NCBI GenBank assembly: GCA_045641325.1
Contig: JAZUGU010000100.1
Span: 1-48,697 of the forward strand
Direction: 5' to 3'
DNA length: 48,697 nucleotides
Source of the DNA: Candidatus Avispirillum sp.
Lineage (GTDB): Bacteria; Bacillota; Clostridia; Oscillospirales; CAG-272
Made by a program: the position numbers and the translations under genes. Positions 25,391 through 33,422 of this stretch are shown piece after piece. Position 1 is the first letter of the stretch. Every line of letters begins with the position of its first letter. The notes below the pieces were generated by a model. It searched no databases. It saw only the letters and a list, made by a program, of their open reading frames with translations, and was not told the DNA's origin.

Positions 25391-26400
25391 TGGTTGAAAA
25401 GACAGGATTCGGTGAAGCAGAACTGTATAGGATAACAGACGGCGACTACAGCGCAGAGATCATAACCTACGGTGCTGTTCTCAAAAAGCTCTGCGTGCCT
25501 GATAAAAACGGTAAAGTCGAAAACACCGTATGCGGATTTGACACCCTTGCTGATTATAAAAAGAGCGGCTCGTATTTCGGCGCATCCGTCGGCAGAGTCT
25601 GCAACAGAATAAAAGGTTCCCGTTTCACCATTGACGGAAAGGAATACGTCCTGCCCGCAAACGACGGAAAAAATCAGCTCCACGGCGGGCCTATCGGCTT
25701 TTCCAAAAGGATATGGGATGCGGTCTGCGGCGATGATTTCGTGGAGCTGACATTAGAGAGTCCCGACGGAGATATGGGCTTTCCCGGAAACGTTACCGCA
25801 AAAGTCCGCTATACCCTCACCGGAGGCAAGCTCCTGATAGATTATTTCGCCGTGACGGATAAGCCTACTCCCGTCAATATGACCAACCATTCGTATTTTG
25901 ATATATGCGGTGCATACAGCGGCAGAACGGCAGAGGCATATCTTATGCTCAATGCGGACTGCAAATGCGATTCTGATCATGAGCTGATCCCTACGGGAAT
26001 TTCATCTGTCGAGGGCACACCCTATGATTTCAGAGATCCCCATAAGGTTTCCTGCGGTTTTGATGCCGATGACGAAATGCTTCGCTTCCTCGGCGGGTAC
26101 GATACAAACTATTTCATAAACGGAGAAGGCATGAGAGAGGCGGCAGTCCTCTCCGATCCGGTATCCGGCAGAAAGATGACCCTTTATACAGACCAGCCTT
26201 GCGTCCAGTTCTATACCATGAATTCCGTGGGAGAGGGCGAGCCGGACTTTTCCGGCGGTATCCCGCAGAAAGTCCACAGCGGTATCTGCCTTGAGACCCA
26301 GGCCATGCCCGATGCGGTCAACCACCCGGAGATCACGGACGTGATACTTCGTCCCGGAGAGGAGTACAGACGCCGTGCCGTGTTCGATTTCACAGCTTAA
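25390..26400 (+). CDS. galM: Aldose 1-epimerase (galactose mutarotase)
   Basis: YFGASVGRVCNRI, LHGG, GFPGN, VNMTNHSYF, QFYT, GICLETQ. TAATG overlap with pepD. Confidence 0.92.
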   Translation: MVEKTGFGEAELYRITDGDYSAEIITYGAVLKKLCVPDKNGKVENTVCGFDTLADYKKSGSYFGASVGRVCNRIKGSRFTIDGKEYVLPANDGKNQLHGGPIGFSKRIWDAVCGDDFVELTLESPDGDMGFPGNVTAKVRYTLTGGKLLIDYFAVTDKPTPVNMTNHSYFDICGAYSGRTAEAYLMLNADCKCDSDHELIPTGISSVEGTPYDFRDPHKVSCGFDADDEMLRFLGGYDTNYFINGEGMREAAVLSDPVSGRKMTLYTDQPCVQFYTMNSVGEGEPDFSGGIPQKVHSGICLETQAMPDAVNHPEITDVILRPGEEYRRRAVFDFTA

Positions 26401-27025
26401 AGATATTCTTTCATCAAAGAAACTGTTTATTTTTGATCTGGACGGTACCGTGACCGATACGGAGCCCTTACACCGTCTGTCGTATGACAGAACGCTCCGT
26501 GAGCTCATTCCCGGCGAAACAATGGAGCACGATGATTTCCTCACAAATTACGTGGGCCATTCCGAATCGGAAATATACCGTCTGATGAAAAAGAACAGAG
26601 GAATTGATTTTGATGAGGACCTGTTTTTCAAACGTCGTATTGAAAATCTTTTCGAGATAGTAAAGGAAACAGGGCTTGAGACCGCACCGTTCTATAAGGA
26701 ACTGTGTCTCACTTTTCCCGATAAAAAGTTCATAGCACTCACCAGCCAGCGTACTTTCGTGCTTGACGGATTCAGAAAGCTTGTGGATTACGGTAAGATT
26801 GAGGAATTCATATCTGTCGCAGACAAGCCGTACGGAAAAAAGGAGGTCCTTTCCGATACGAAAAAGTATCTCGGATTTGACCGGAACGATTGCTTGATCT
26901 TCGAGGATTATAACGAAACACTCCGTCATGCCGTGAAATGCGGAGTGCTTGCCGTCGGCGTGAAGCATACGCTCAACGCCCTTACCGAGAAAGACTGCGA
27001 TATACTTATAAATATTGACTGCTGA
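26375..27025 (+). CDS. HAD-superfamily hydrolase (beta-PGM/CbbY-like phosphatase)
   Basis: Motif I FIFDLDGTVTDT, motif II LTS, motif IV LIFED. GTG start with AGGAG 10 nt upstream, overlapping galM. Confidence 0.8.
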   Translation: MPCSISQLKDILSSKKLFIFDLDGTVTDTEPLHRLSYDRTLRELIPGETMEHDDFLTNYVGHSESEIYRLMKKNRGIDFDEDLFFKRRIENLFEIVKETGLETAPFYKELCLTFPDKKFIALTSQRTFVLDGFRKLVDYGKIEEFISVADKPYGKKEVLSDTKKYLGFDRNDCLIFEDYNETLRHAVKCGVLAVGVKHTLNALTEKDCDILINIDC

Positions 27026-27036
27026 AGGAGAATGAC

Positions 27037-27402
27037 ATGGGTGATATAATAAGGATCGCCGCCATTGTGGCGTTTGCCGCAATAGTCGGATATATCGTCT
27101 TCGGTATTCCCACGAAGAACGAAGAGAAAAAAGAAGAAGAGCAGGAAGAACTACCGGAGCCTCAGTCCGTCAGAGCAACGCTGATAGAAAAAGCATGCGG
27201 AACTCAGCACATTGGAAACCCCTATATCACGTCAACGCTCCATTACGAGAGCTACGAGGTGATGTTCTCCTGCGAGGACGGCGAAGAACGTGCCTTCCAG
27301 GTTGAGCCGGACGTCTTTTCGGAGCTGAAAGAAGGCACCGAAGGCCTGCTCGTCTATCTGGATAATACGTTTTATGCTTTTGATACGGAAGCGTCTGAAT
27401 AA
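27037..27402 (+). CDS. Small membrane-anchored protein, DUF2500-like
   Basis: Single N-terminal TM helix followed by RATLIEK...YEVMF..EDGEERAFQV....FSELKEGTEGLLVY..NTFYAF, the DUF2500 pattern. RBS AAGGAG. Confidence 0.65.
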   Translation: MGDIIRIAAIVAFAAIVGYIVFGIPTKNEEKKEEEQEELPEPQSVRATLIEKACGTQHIGNPYITSTLHYESYEVMFSCEDGEERAFQVEPDVFSELKEGTEGLLVYLDNTFYAFDTEASE

Positions 27403-27445
27403 AGGTACGGCAGACGTCCAAAACGGAAAAAGGAAAGATATTATA

Positions 27446-27478
27446 AAAAGACCGAAATTTTAGTTTCGGCCTTTTTTT
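27446..27478 (+). terminator. Intrinsic terminator after the pepD operon
   Basis: aaaagaccgaaa-ttttag-tttcggcctttt followed by further Ts (one mismatch). Confidence 0.7.
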
Positions 27479-27505
27479 CATTAGTGAAGCCCGTAATCCT
27501 CCGTG

Positions 27506-27535
27506 GTCTTTTTTTATCTTGTCCGAATATATATT
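27506..27535 (+). promoter_or_regulatory. Possible sigma-E-like promoter of spoIIIA
   Basis: Candidate -10 tATAtatT (27528-27535) fits cATAcanT, but the -35 (gtcttt) is weak. Position is expected from the known sigma-E control of spoIIIA. Confidence 0.3.
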
Positions 27536-27559
27536 ACTGTGAAAAGGAGGCGAAACGAA

Positions 27560-28447
27560 ATGGAAAGAACAAACTACACGGAAGAATATGCGATAACGTA
27601 TCTGCCCAAAAGAATAGCGGAGTCCGTCAGAAAAACAGCGGCTCTGTATAACGGTAAGATCAGCGAGATAAGATTGCGTTCCTCCTGTCCCGTGTATATA
27701 ACGGCAGGGGAGAAAAACGTTTCCTGCTCCGTCAGCTGTACTGCGGACGAGATGTATGAAACCGTGAGAACTCTTTGCGGTAATTCCATGTACTGCCATT
27801 CCGAAACCATAAAGGAAGGCTATATATGTACCCCCGGCGGGATAAGAGCAGGTGTCTGCGGGAGAGCTGTAACTGAAAACGGAAAAATCAGTGCCGTTAC
27901 CGATATAAGCTCGGTGGTAATGAGAATACCTCACCGTTTTCCGGGCGCTTCCGACAGCCTTTGCAGGCTCATCTGCCGTGAGAATTTCAGAGGAATGATA
28001 ATATATTCGGAGCCGGGGAAAGGAAAGACCACGGCTCTGCGTGAAATATGTGCCCGGCTCGGTGCCGCACCGTACAGTATGCGGATAGCGGTAATAGATA
28101 CGAGATTTGAGATATGCGGTGCTCTGGGAGGCGAGTATACTCTGGATGCCTTGTACGGCTATCCCAGAGCGCAGGGGATAGAAACCGCTGTCAGATGCCT
28201 TTCTCCGGAGCTTATCGTGTGCGACGAGATAGGCAATGCCTCCGATGCGGATGCCATACTCCAGAGCATGGGAGCAGGTGTCCCCACGGTGGTCAGCGCC
28301 CACGCGGGAAGTGTTGAGGAACTGAAAATGAAGCCGTATATCAATATGCTTCTTGAAAGCGGAGCTTTCAATTATACGGTTGGCATCGAAAGAGAGGGGA
28401 CCGACGTTTCATATATTGTGAAAGAGCGGGAAACGGTGCCGTGCTGA
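27560..28447 (+). CDS. spoIIIAA: Stage III sporulation protein AA (ATPase)
   Basis: EIRLR, GYICTPGGIRAGVCG, SEPGKGKTT, AVRCLSPELIVCDEIG, SAHAGS. Start moved to ATG 27560 (AAGGAGG). Confidence 0.9.
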   Translation: MERTNYTEEYAITYLPKRIAESVRKTAALYNGKISEIRLRSSCPVYITAGEKNVSCSVSCTADEMYETVRTLCGNSMYCHSETIKEGYICTPGGIRAGVCGRAVTENGKISAVTDISSVVMRIPHRFPGASDSLCRLICRENFRGMIIYSEPGKGKTTALREICARLGAAPYSMRIAVIDTRFEICGALGGEYTLDALYGYPRAQGIETAVRCLSPELIVCDEIGNASDADAILQSMGAGVPTVVSAHAGSVEELKMKPYINMLLESGAFNYTVGIEREGTDVSYIVKERETVPC

Positions 28448-28917
28448 AATTCGCGGGATGTGCGGTAACGGTCTTCTGCTCCGCAGTATGGGGATATGAG
28501 AAAAGCAGGTCTTTGAACAGATCACTTCAGCTGGCAATATCGCTGACAGCTCTGGTAAAACGAATAGGCAATGACATAGATACTTTGAAAAAGCCCCTTA
28601 ACGACATCTATGCGGATTACGTTGACGAACTGCTTGAAGAAGCAGGATTTCTCGCAGACCTTCGTGAGAGAGGATTCCGTGAAGCATTGGAAAAAGTAAA
28701 AAAGTCCCTGCCGGATGGAGCGTATGACGTTCTTTATCCGTTTGCCGTGAGGATCGGCGGCATGGATAAGGAAACGGAATCTGCTCTTTGCAGGGGCACA
28801 GCCGCCAATCTTGAAGGTATAATAAACGCTGCAAAGGAAAAAATGCCCGAAAAAACGAAAATGTACAGATTACTGCCTGTTCTTTGCGCTCTTTCGGTGG
28901 TGATACTTATAATTTGA
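28441..28917 (+). CDS. spoIIIAB: Stage III sporulation protein AB
   Basis: N- and C-terminal TM helices, MLKFAG start, RIGGMD, KMYRLL motif; second gene of the operon. Confidence 0.8.
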   Translation: MLKFAGCAVTVFCSAVWGYEKSRSLNRSLQLAISLTALVKRIGNDIDTLKKPLNDIYADYVDELLEEAGFLADLRERGFREALEKVKKSLPDGAYDVLYPFAVRIGGMDKETESALCRGTAANLEGIINAAKEKMPEKTKMYRLLPVLCALSVVILII

Positions 28918-28918
28918 A

Positions 28919-29113
28919 ATGGATATATCTTTTCTTCTCAAAACGGTAGGAGTCGGAGTAATAGTTGCGATATCGGGGTATATGCTCCAGAAATCGGGGA
29001 GAGATGAGCAGGCGATGCTTGTAACGGTAGGCGGTGCCATAGCGGTGCTTTTGATGCTCGTAACGCAGATGGGCTCTCTTCTCGACGAGGTCAGAAAGGT
29101 CTTCGGTCTGTAA
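28919..29113 (+). CDS. spoIIIAC: Stage III sporulation protein AC
   Basis: 64 aa, MDISFLLKTVGVGVI...LQKSGRDEQAMLVTVGG...FGL. Confidence 0.92.
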   Translation: MDISFLLKTVGVGVIVAISGYMLQKSGRDEQAMLVTVGGAIAVLLMLVTQMGSLLDEVRKVFGL

Positions 29114-29496
29114 TGCTGAACATTCTGAAGCTGACCGGCATCGTAATAACGGGACTGTTTGCCTCACTCCTTTTCAAAGAAAGCAATCGGACCGTGTCCG
29201 CGGTGACCGTAATATGCACGTTTCTGACAGCGGTGCTTTTCTCCGTGAGAGGCGGTATCAGTGAGGCTGTCGGTGCTCTCAGCGCCAACATGGGAGACGA
29301 GCTTGCCGAAAAGGCAGGCGTGCTTCTGAAAGCCGTCGGTATATCGTATATCACGGGCATATCCTGCGAGCTGTGCAGCTCCGCCGGGGAGGGAACGCTC
29401 GCTGATGCGGCGGGATTTGCGGGAAAAACCGAAATAATCCTGCTTTGTGTTCCCATGATATCGGAACTGCTTTCGATCGCCGGACAAACTATATGA
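29113..29496 (+). CDS. spoIIIAD: Stage III sporulation protein AD
   Basis: LLKAVGISYITGISCELCSSAGEGTLA...GKTEIILLCVPMI motif. Confidence 0.9.
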   Translation: MLNILKLTGIVITGLFASLLFKESNRTVSAVTVICTFLTAVLFSVRGGISEAVGALSANMGDELAEKAGVLLKAVGISYITGISCELCSSAGEGTLADAAGFAGKTEIILLCVPMISELLSIAGQTI

Positions 29497-30605
29497 AATC
29501 AATATTAAAAGCGCTGACGGTCATGCTGCTTCTTTTCATATTCATTTTGCCCGTTTCCGCCGAAACGTACAGCTTTGAATTCGATGAGGGAAGCGGAGCT
29601 GAAAGCTTATACGATGACTACGTCGGATCGCTCCCTCATGACGTTAAAGAAAAACTGCATGACGATACCTCGGAATACGATTTCGGATATTTCGCGGATG
29701 AGATCGTTTCAGCGGTTAAAGAATCCGTCGGTAAAGCGATGGGGATGCTTTCGAAGCTTGCGGGAACCGTTGTGCTCGCATCTGCCGTCAATATAATGTC
29801 AAAGCATTTTGAGGGGCACAGATCCCGTGCATTCTCATTTTGCTCGTCACTTTGCGTGGTACTTCTCATATGGGATGTTTTCGTATCAGTCTCAGATATG
29901 GCAAAAGTGCTGCTTGAAACGCTTTCAAATGCAATGCTTATGATATCCCCTGTCATGGAGGGAATGCTGATATATTCCGGAAATATAACGGCGGCATCCG
30001 TTTCGGGGGCGGGAGTCGGCGTAATGATCACCCTGGGAGAGAACCTTTTCTCAAAGGTGCTTTTCCCGTGTGCGGTCATATGCTTCTTTCTGTCATCTGC
30101 CTCGGCAATAGCGGAAAACTCAGGGATTTCCTATATGTCAAAGCTTCTGAAAGGTCTGGTGACAGGAGGCCTTATCGCATCAATGGCTCTTATGTCATTC
30201 GTTATAGCGATACAGAACACGGCAGCGACCGCAGCTGACTCTCTTGCGGCAAAAACGCTGAAATTCGCAATAAGCAGTTATCTTCCCATAGTCGGAGGAA
30301 CAGTTGCCGATTCATTTTCCTGCCTTGCCGCAAGCGTTCAGGTGATAAAACAGCTTTGCGGCGTCACCGGGATAGTGGTTCTTGTGATCGTGCTCATACC
30401 GCCCTTCGTTATGCTTTTAGCAGACCGTATCGCCATAGGTGTCGCGGGGGCTCTTGCGGGGATGCTCGAATGTGAGCGGGAAAAGACCGTGCTCGATGAA
30501 GCAGGGAGCATTTGCACCGTTATGATAGCGGTATGCGCGGGGGCTTCTGTCATGTATATGATAGCATTGGGAATATTCTGCAGAACGGCGGTGGCGATAA
30601 GCTGA
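29493..30605 (+). CDS. spoIIIAE: Stage III sporulation protein AE
   Basis: Polytopic; KTLKFAISSYLPIVGGTVADS...VIKQLCGVTG motif. Start moved to ATG 29493 (ATGA overlap with spoIIIAD). Confidence 0.9.
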   Translation: MKSILKALTVMLLLFIFILPVSAETYSFEFDEGSGAESLYDDYVGSLPHDVKEKLHDDTSEYDFGYFADEIVSAVKESVGKAMGMLSKLAGTVVLASAVNIMSKHFEGHRSRAFSFCSSLCVVLLIWDVFVSVSDMAKVLLETLSNAMLMISPVMEGMLIYSGNITAASVSGAGVGVMITLGENLFSKVLFPCAVICFFLSSASAIAENSGISYMSKLLKGLVTGGLIASMALMSFVIAIQNTAATAADSLAAKTLKFAISSYLPIVGGTVADSFSCLAASVQVIKQLCGVTGIVVLVIVLIPPFVMLLADRIAIGVAGALAGMLECEREKTVLDEAGSICTVMIAVCAGASVMYMIALGIFCRTAVAIS

Positions 30606-31042
30606 TGAAAACGTATGTGTATTCCGTTATCTGTGTAACTCTTTTCACAGCTGTGATGAAAGTCATAGCACCGGAAAAGAACGGAATGTCAAAGTACGTT
30701 TCGTTCATATGCGCTCTTGCCGTGGCGCTGACGCTGCTGTCACCGCTGTGCCGTGATATCACGGAAATATCCACGGATGAAAGCATATTGTCAGGCGCGG
30801 AGCACAATGGGGAACAAGCCGAAAAAAATGCCGGGAATTACGCAGGAGCCGCAGCTGATATGCTTTCGGTAATGTCGGGTGCGGATAAGGAAAGGATCAC
30901 CGCGGATGTTGACACAGATGCAAACGGAAACATTCTGCAGATAAGATTGTACTGCGATGAACAAATCGGTGAAAATAACAGCTACGGAGAAAGCCTTTCC
31001 GATATTTTTGATACTGAAATTATCGTAATTGGCAGTAAATAG
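30605..31042 (+). CDS. spoIIIAF: Stage III sporulation protein AF (divergent)
   Basis: Two N-terminal TM helices with IAPEKNGMSKYVSFICAL..LLSPL; sixth gene of the operon. Start moved to ATG 30605 (TGATG overlap). Confidence 0.75.
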   Translation: MKTYVYSVICVTLFTAVMKVIAPEKNGMSKYVSFICALAVALTLLSPLCRDITEISTDESILSGAEHNGEQAEKNAGNYAGAAADMLSVMSGADKERITADVDTDANGNILQIRLYCDEQIGENNSYGESLSDIFDTEIIVIGSK

Positions 31043-31043
31043 G

Positions 31044-31499
31044 ATGAATTTTAGGATAAAAAACAAGAAAATATGGCTTGCAGTCATAGCATTTGCGGGA
31101 GTCATCATGATCATATTGCCATCGGTCATCCCCGATAAAAAGGAAACGAAAGAAGAGATAACTTATTACAGCGAACAGCTTGAGCAGAGAATAACGGATC
31201 TTATTTCGGACATCGACGGGATCGAAAACGTGTCGGTGATGCTGACTCTCGATTGCGGAAACGAATACGTTTATGCGGAAAATACGGATTCTACTGCAGA
31301 CAGGACCGTGTCCGACTACGTGGTCATTTCGTCCGGCGGCGGTGAAAGCACCGTTCAGCTCAAAGAGATATATCCCAGAGTAAGGGGCGTTGCCGTAGTC
31401 TGCACGGGCGGCGATGCTGTCGGGATAAAAAATAAGATAACAGAGCTCCTTTCCTCTTCCCTGGGAATACCGACAAACAGAATAACCGTGTGCGGATAA
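31044..31499 (+). CDS. spoIIIAG: Stage III sporulation protein AG
   Basis: LEQRITDLISDIDGIENVSVMLTL...YPRVRGVAVVCTGGD...LGIPTNRITV. ATG 31044 lies 1 nt after the AF stop; TTG 31029 is the alternative. Confidence 0.88.
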   Translation: MNFRIKNKKIWLAVIAFAGVIMIILPSVIPDKKETKEEITYYSEQLEQRITDLISDIDGIENVSVMLTLDCGNEYVYAENTDSTADRTVSDYVVISSGGGESTVQLKEIYPRVRGVAVVCTGGDAVGIKNKITELLSSSLGIPTNRITVCG

Positions 31500-31528
31500 G
31501 TCATACTTGTAATTCCCGTGAATATTAT
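31500..31528 (+). promoter_or_regulatory. Candidate internal sigma-E-like promoter upstream of spoIIIAH
   Basis: GTCATA (31500-31505), 15 bp, aATAttaT (31521-31528). Spacing is about 1 bp shorter than the B. subtilis sigma-E consensus. Confidence 0.35.
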
Positions 31529-31555
31529 TTACCAAAGAAATGAAAGGTGGTTGCG

Positions 31556-32143
31556 ATGAATAAAGAGAAAATCAAAACGATAGGTGAAAAAGCCAAAAAT
31601 TTCGTACTTAAGCTGAACAAGAAAGCCGTCATATCGGTAGTTGCGGTTCTTATCCTCGGCACGGCGGTCCTCTTGAATTTTCTGCTTGTACCTCAGAACG
31701 GCGTTTCTGCAAAAAAACTCAAAACAAAGCTTGATCTGACGGATGTTTCCGCCGCGGTAGAAGAAAAGGAAAAGGCAGAGAAGAACGAAGAAAAAGCAGA
31801 TGCCTTCGCCGAAATGAACCTTACCCGTCAGCGCTCGAGAGATGAGGCGATAGAGGTGCTGAACACAGTCGCCATGAGCGATACGGCAGTAGAATCCGTA
31901 AAGACCGATGCCATGAACGAGATTCAGCAGATCGCCCGTGATATCGAAAGCGAAGCCAATATAGAAAGCCTCGTGAAAGCCAAGGGATTCGAGCAATGTG
32001 TGGCTGTGGTGAACGGCGATTCCGCCAGTATCATTATCAAAACGGACGGCCTTTTGCAGAACGAGGTCGCGCAGATAAGCGAAATCGTCTATAAGGAAGC
32101 CGGAGTAAAACCGGATGATCTGAAAATCATCGAATCGAATTAA
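31556..32143 (+). CDS. spoIIIAH: Stage III sporulation protein AH
   Basis: TM anchor, FAEMNLTRQRSR, EANIESLVKAKGFEQCVAVVNGDSASIII...QISEIV. Start moved to ATG 31556 (AAAGGTGG). Confidence 0.9.
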   Translation: MNKEKIKTIGEKAKNFVLKLNKKAVISVVAVLILGTAVLLNFLLVPQNGVSAKKLKTKLDLTDVSAAVEEKEKAEKNEEKADAFAEMNLTRQRSRDEAIEVLNTVAMSDTAVESVKTDAMNEIQQIARDIESEANIESLVKAKGFEQCVAVVNGDSASIIIKTDGLLQNEVAQISEIVYKEAGVKPDDLKIIESN

Positions 32144-32145
32144 AC

Positions 32146-32172
32146 AAAGCCGGCGATCGCCGGCTTTATTTT
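32146..32172 (+). terminator. Terminator-like palindrome after spoIIIAH
   Basis: Perfect 22-bp palindrome aaagccggcgatcgccggcttt followed by atttt. Confidence 0.7.
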
Positions 32173-32189
32173 GCAAAATGGAGATTATC

Positions 32190-33326
32190 ATGAAAAAAAT
32201 AATCAGTCTTATTCTGGTTGTAGGTATGTTTTTGCCTTTTTGCTGTTCAGTCAGCGCGGAAGAAAAACCGTTTGATGTAAATGCCAAGAGCGCAATTCTC
32301 ATGGAAGCATCCACCGGACAGGTGCTGTATTCAAAATATCCGGACGATCCGCTGCCTCCTGCATCCGTTACAAAAGTCATGACTCTGCTGCTTGTAATGG
32401 AAGCAATAGACCGGAACACTCTCGCTATGAGCGATACCGTGACCGTCAGCGAATATGCGGCATCTATGGGCGGATCACAGGTGTATCTTGAGCCGTTTGA
32501 GGAAATGACGGTGGAGGATATGCTGAAAAGCGTAGTAATAGCATCCGCAAACGATGCGGCCGTCGCCCTTGCCGAAAAGGTTGCGGGAAGTGAAGAAGCC
32601 TTCGTGAATGACATGAACGAAAAAGCAAAGAAGCTCGGTATGAAAAGCACCAGCTTTGAAAACGTGACGGGACTTGATGATGATACCAAAAACCACGTAA
32701 CAAGCGCGAGAGATATAGCTATCATGTCACGGGAGCTGATAACGAAGCACCCTGCCATATTAAATTACAGTTCCATATGGATGGACAGTATCAGAAACGG
32801 AGAATTCGGGCTGACCAATACAAACAGACTTGTGCGGTTTTATAAGGGTGCAACGGGCTTGAAAACCGGATCAACGTCAAAAGCCGGATTCTGTATGAGT
32901 GCCACGGCTGAAAGAGACGGTATGGATCTTATCGCGGTAATTATGGGAAGTGACACGAGAGATACGAGAAATGCCGCCGCGGCAACCTTGCTTGACTGGG
33001 GCTTTGCAACTTATTCGGTATATAAAACGGAAAGCGAAACTGCCGGGAGAATAAAAGTCACCGGCGGATGCGAAAAAGACGTGGAGGCAATAATCCCGCC
33101 TGCCGGCTTCCTTCTGAAAAAAACCGGCGGGGAAGTCGGGAAAAAAGTCGAGCTGAACGAATGTGCCGAAGCACCGGTCAAAAAAGGAGATGTCCTCGGC
33201 AAGATCACATATGAATGTAAAGGCACGGTAATAGGTGAAAGCGAGATTACCGCTGCCCGAGACGTAGAAGGTATATCATACTTCGGCGTATTGATTAAAA
33301 TTATCCGTTCATGTTTTTGTCTGTGA
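32190..33326 (+). CDS. dacF: D-alanyl-D-alanine carboxypeptidase (peptidase S11), DacF-like
   Basis: SxxK (ASVTK), SxN (ASAND) and KTG (LKTGST); the ASMGGSQVYLEP and NTNRLVRFYKG segments are typical of DacF. Start moved to ATG 32190 (GGAGA). Confidence 0.82.
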   Translation: MKKIISLILVVGMFLPFCCSVSAEEKPFDVNAKSAILMEASTGQVLYSKYPDDPLPPASVTKVMTLLLVMEAIDRNTLAMSDTVTVSEYAASMGGSQVYLEPFEEMTVEDMLKSVVIASANDAAVALAEKVAGSEEAFVNDMNEKAKKLGMKSTSFENVTGLDDDTKNHVTSARDIAIMSRELITKHPAILNYSSIWMDSIRNGEFGLTNTNRLVRFYKGATGLKTGSTSKAGFCMSATAERDGMDLIAVIMGSDTRDTRNAAAATLLDWGFATYSVYKTESETAGRIKVTGGCEKDVEAIIPPAGFLLKKTGGEVGKKVELNECAEAPVKKGDVLGKITYECKGTVIGESEITAARDVEGISYFGVLIKIIRSCFCL

Positions 33327-33350
33327 ATTGAAACACCGGTTTTGTCGGTC

Positions 33351-33378
33351 TTGACAAATCTTTCTTGAAAAGTATAAT
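33351..33378 (+). promoter_or_regulatory. Consensus sigma-A promoter of the CotH-dockerin gene
   Basis: TTGACA, 16-bp spacer, TATAAT. Confidence 0.85.
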
Positions 33379-33422
33379 AATATACAGAGAATATGCCAAT
33401 TACGAAAGGAAGTAAATCATTT

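Noticed and set aside
27227-28303. 358-aa antisense ORF over spoIIIAA and the upstream gap
   Set aside because: No recognisable motifs; it overlaps two well-supported sense genes and a terminator.
31529-32758. 409-aa antisense ORF over spoIIIAH/dacF
   Set aside because: Shadow ORF spanning two real genes, with no homology cues.
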